52,686 bases of DNA from Octopus bimaculoides. Lineage: Eukaryota. Both the position numbers and the translations under genes were made by a program. A model generated the notes under the pieces. It was not told the origin of the DNA. It worked only from the letters and a program-made list of their open reading frames with translations, and searched no databases. Shown here in pieces: positions 51,135 through 52,686 of this stretch (within the stretch, counting starts at the first letter, position 1; each line of letters starts with the position of its first letter). The stretch spans positions 35,425,799 to 35,478,484 of the forward strand of contig NC_069005.1 in assembly GCF_001194135.2 (NCBI RefSeq). The letters run 5' to 3'.

Positions 51135-51450
51135 CAGTTCTCAGCCACTTCTTGCTCACCATACTCCTCCAAGCCATAACAGAGGGACTTAAAATTGGCT
51201 GCCCCTGGGAACACTTCTATACTAATGACTTTGTTCTTATAGCTGAATCACTACCAGAACTAGAGAAGAAATTATCAGGTGTGGGAGCAAGGTCTGGAAA
51301 CAAAGGGCCTTAGAATTAATTTAGTAAGGACCATGCCCTAGTGAGTAAGAAAACAAAGAAATTACTAATCCTTTCAGGGAAATGGCCCTCCTCAGTATGT
51401 AGAAATTCTATAAAGTGTATCCAGTGCAAGTTATGGATACAAGAGATGTA
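51135..51450 (+). mobile_element. RTE RT fragment, inverted relative to the adjacent copy
   Basis: SVLS...GCPWEHFYTNDFVLIAES...GLETKGLRINL...GKWP.SVCRNSIKCIQCKLWI. Confidence 0.8.
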
Positions 51451-52124
51451 GAGAAACCAGAGGATTGATTTTTTTTTCACTCTTTTGTTTCAGTAGTTTT
51501 CTTGTATGAGCCTTATTTTCTTGTAAGAACCTTAACGTGATCTCATACTAAAGCTCATGCTAACTATAATACTGCTACAACAGTCATGTAATAACTGGAG
51601 ATCTGACATTAGACTGATAAACATATTGTGCTAATGTGGAAATCAGAAGATATATAAATGTAGATATCATAGTGTACTTGTAATATAATAGAGATGACAC
51701 TATGTATATATTATTTAGTAATGAAAAGGCTATATTGTGTGTTCCCGGGAAAGTGGGGTTTATCCCTTGGTTCTGTTCTCATAATTGTTTCGCTAATCCA
51801 GTAACAACAATACAAAGTATGTAGCCCTTAAAATGGTTTTTGTGCATTTACAGAGAATATCAAACTGTCTTACACAGGATCTTGATTTTAGGAATTTCCA
51901 ATAAATTATGAATATCCAAACTGTGAAGTCAGTTATGTAATAACAAGAAATTAGTTACCTGATAGTAAGAATTCAAAGAAAGTAGCCTCGAAAAGGGCTT
52001 TAATGCCTTCCCAGAGTACACTTAGTCGGAAATACTAATAAGGTATGTATACTAAAATCATGAAGCATGATATAACAGGCTAATCAGATATGAAATAACA
52101 ATATACATACACACATATATATAC

Positions 52125-52433
52125 ACTAGCAGTATAGCCCGGCTTTGCCCGGGATTAAGTTAGGATTATTAAACTAATCAAGTTCTTTATTTCAAATCAA
52201 TCTAAGTAACATTGACGTCAAATTTGGGCAGAATCAGTGTCGCGAAGGGAGCGCATGGGTTGGGAGTTTGATGGCAGAGGTGATCAGGTTACACGTGCCA
52301 GCCCTTTGAAAACACCACCCCCATTATCTAACCCCTCTTTGCCCATGGGCTGGGAACCCTTCCAGTGAGGAAAATAGAATGCCCAAATGTGCTCCCGATT
52401 CTCTTGACTGAAGCGGATCACAACTAAGTCTTA
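52125..52433 (+). mobile_element. Helitron-like non-autonomous element
   Basis: Begins actagcagtatagcccggctttgcccggg (5' hairpin), like DINE/Lep1-type termini; assignment from recall. Confidence 0.45.
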
Positions 52434-52686
52434 AGTATATGTATATATATATATATATATATACATATGTGTGTGTGTGTGTGTGTATATATGTGTGTGT
52501 GTGTGTATATATATGTGTGTGTGTGTGTGTATATATGTGTGTGTGTGTGTATATATATATGTGTGTGTGTGTGTATATATATGTGTGTGTGTGTATATAT
52601 ATGTGTGTGTGTGTATATATATGTGTGTGTGTGTGTATATATGTGTGTGTGTGTGTGTGTATATATATGTGTGTGTGTGTGTATAT
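52434..52686. repeat. Compound (TA)n/(TG)n microsatellite
   Basis: Direct inspection; runs off the window end. Confidence 0.97.

Overview
AT-rich, microsatellite- and transposon-dense eukaryotic genomic DNA with two scaffold gaps. The repeat types suggest a cephalopod such as Octopus (inference). The window holds one complete host gene on the + strand: a 5-exon unc-119 homolog (CDS 5089-39877, 816 nt, 271 aa, all GT-AG introns, phases 1,1,2,1). Introns and flanks contain decayed mobile elements: many RTE LINE pieces, two R4/Dong-like RLE retrotransposons, L1/Tx1, a Gypsy pol remnant, a Penelope-like element with inverted terminal repeats, a full-length mariner, Helitron and Helentron derivatives, a piggyBac-type MITE and tRNA-derived SINEs. 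The most notable signals are three hammerhead-ribozyme-like motifs inside the unc-119 introns (a back-to-back pair forming a ~170-bp hairpin, and a minimal one in a Penelope terminal repeat that is deleted from the partner repeat) and a PHD-type zinc finger inside the RT domain of the local RTE family. No prokaryotic features or CRISPR arrays were seen. All translations were done by hand; transposon boundaries are approximate unless termini or target-site duplications are quoted.
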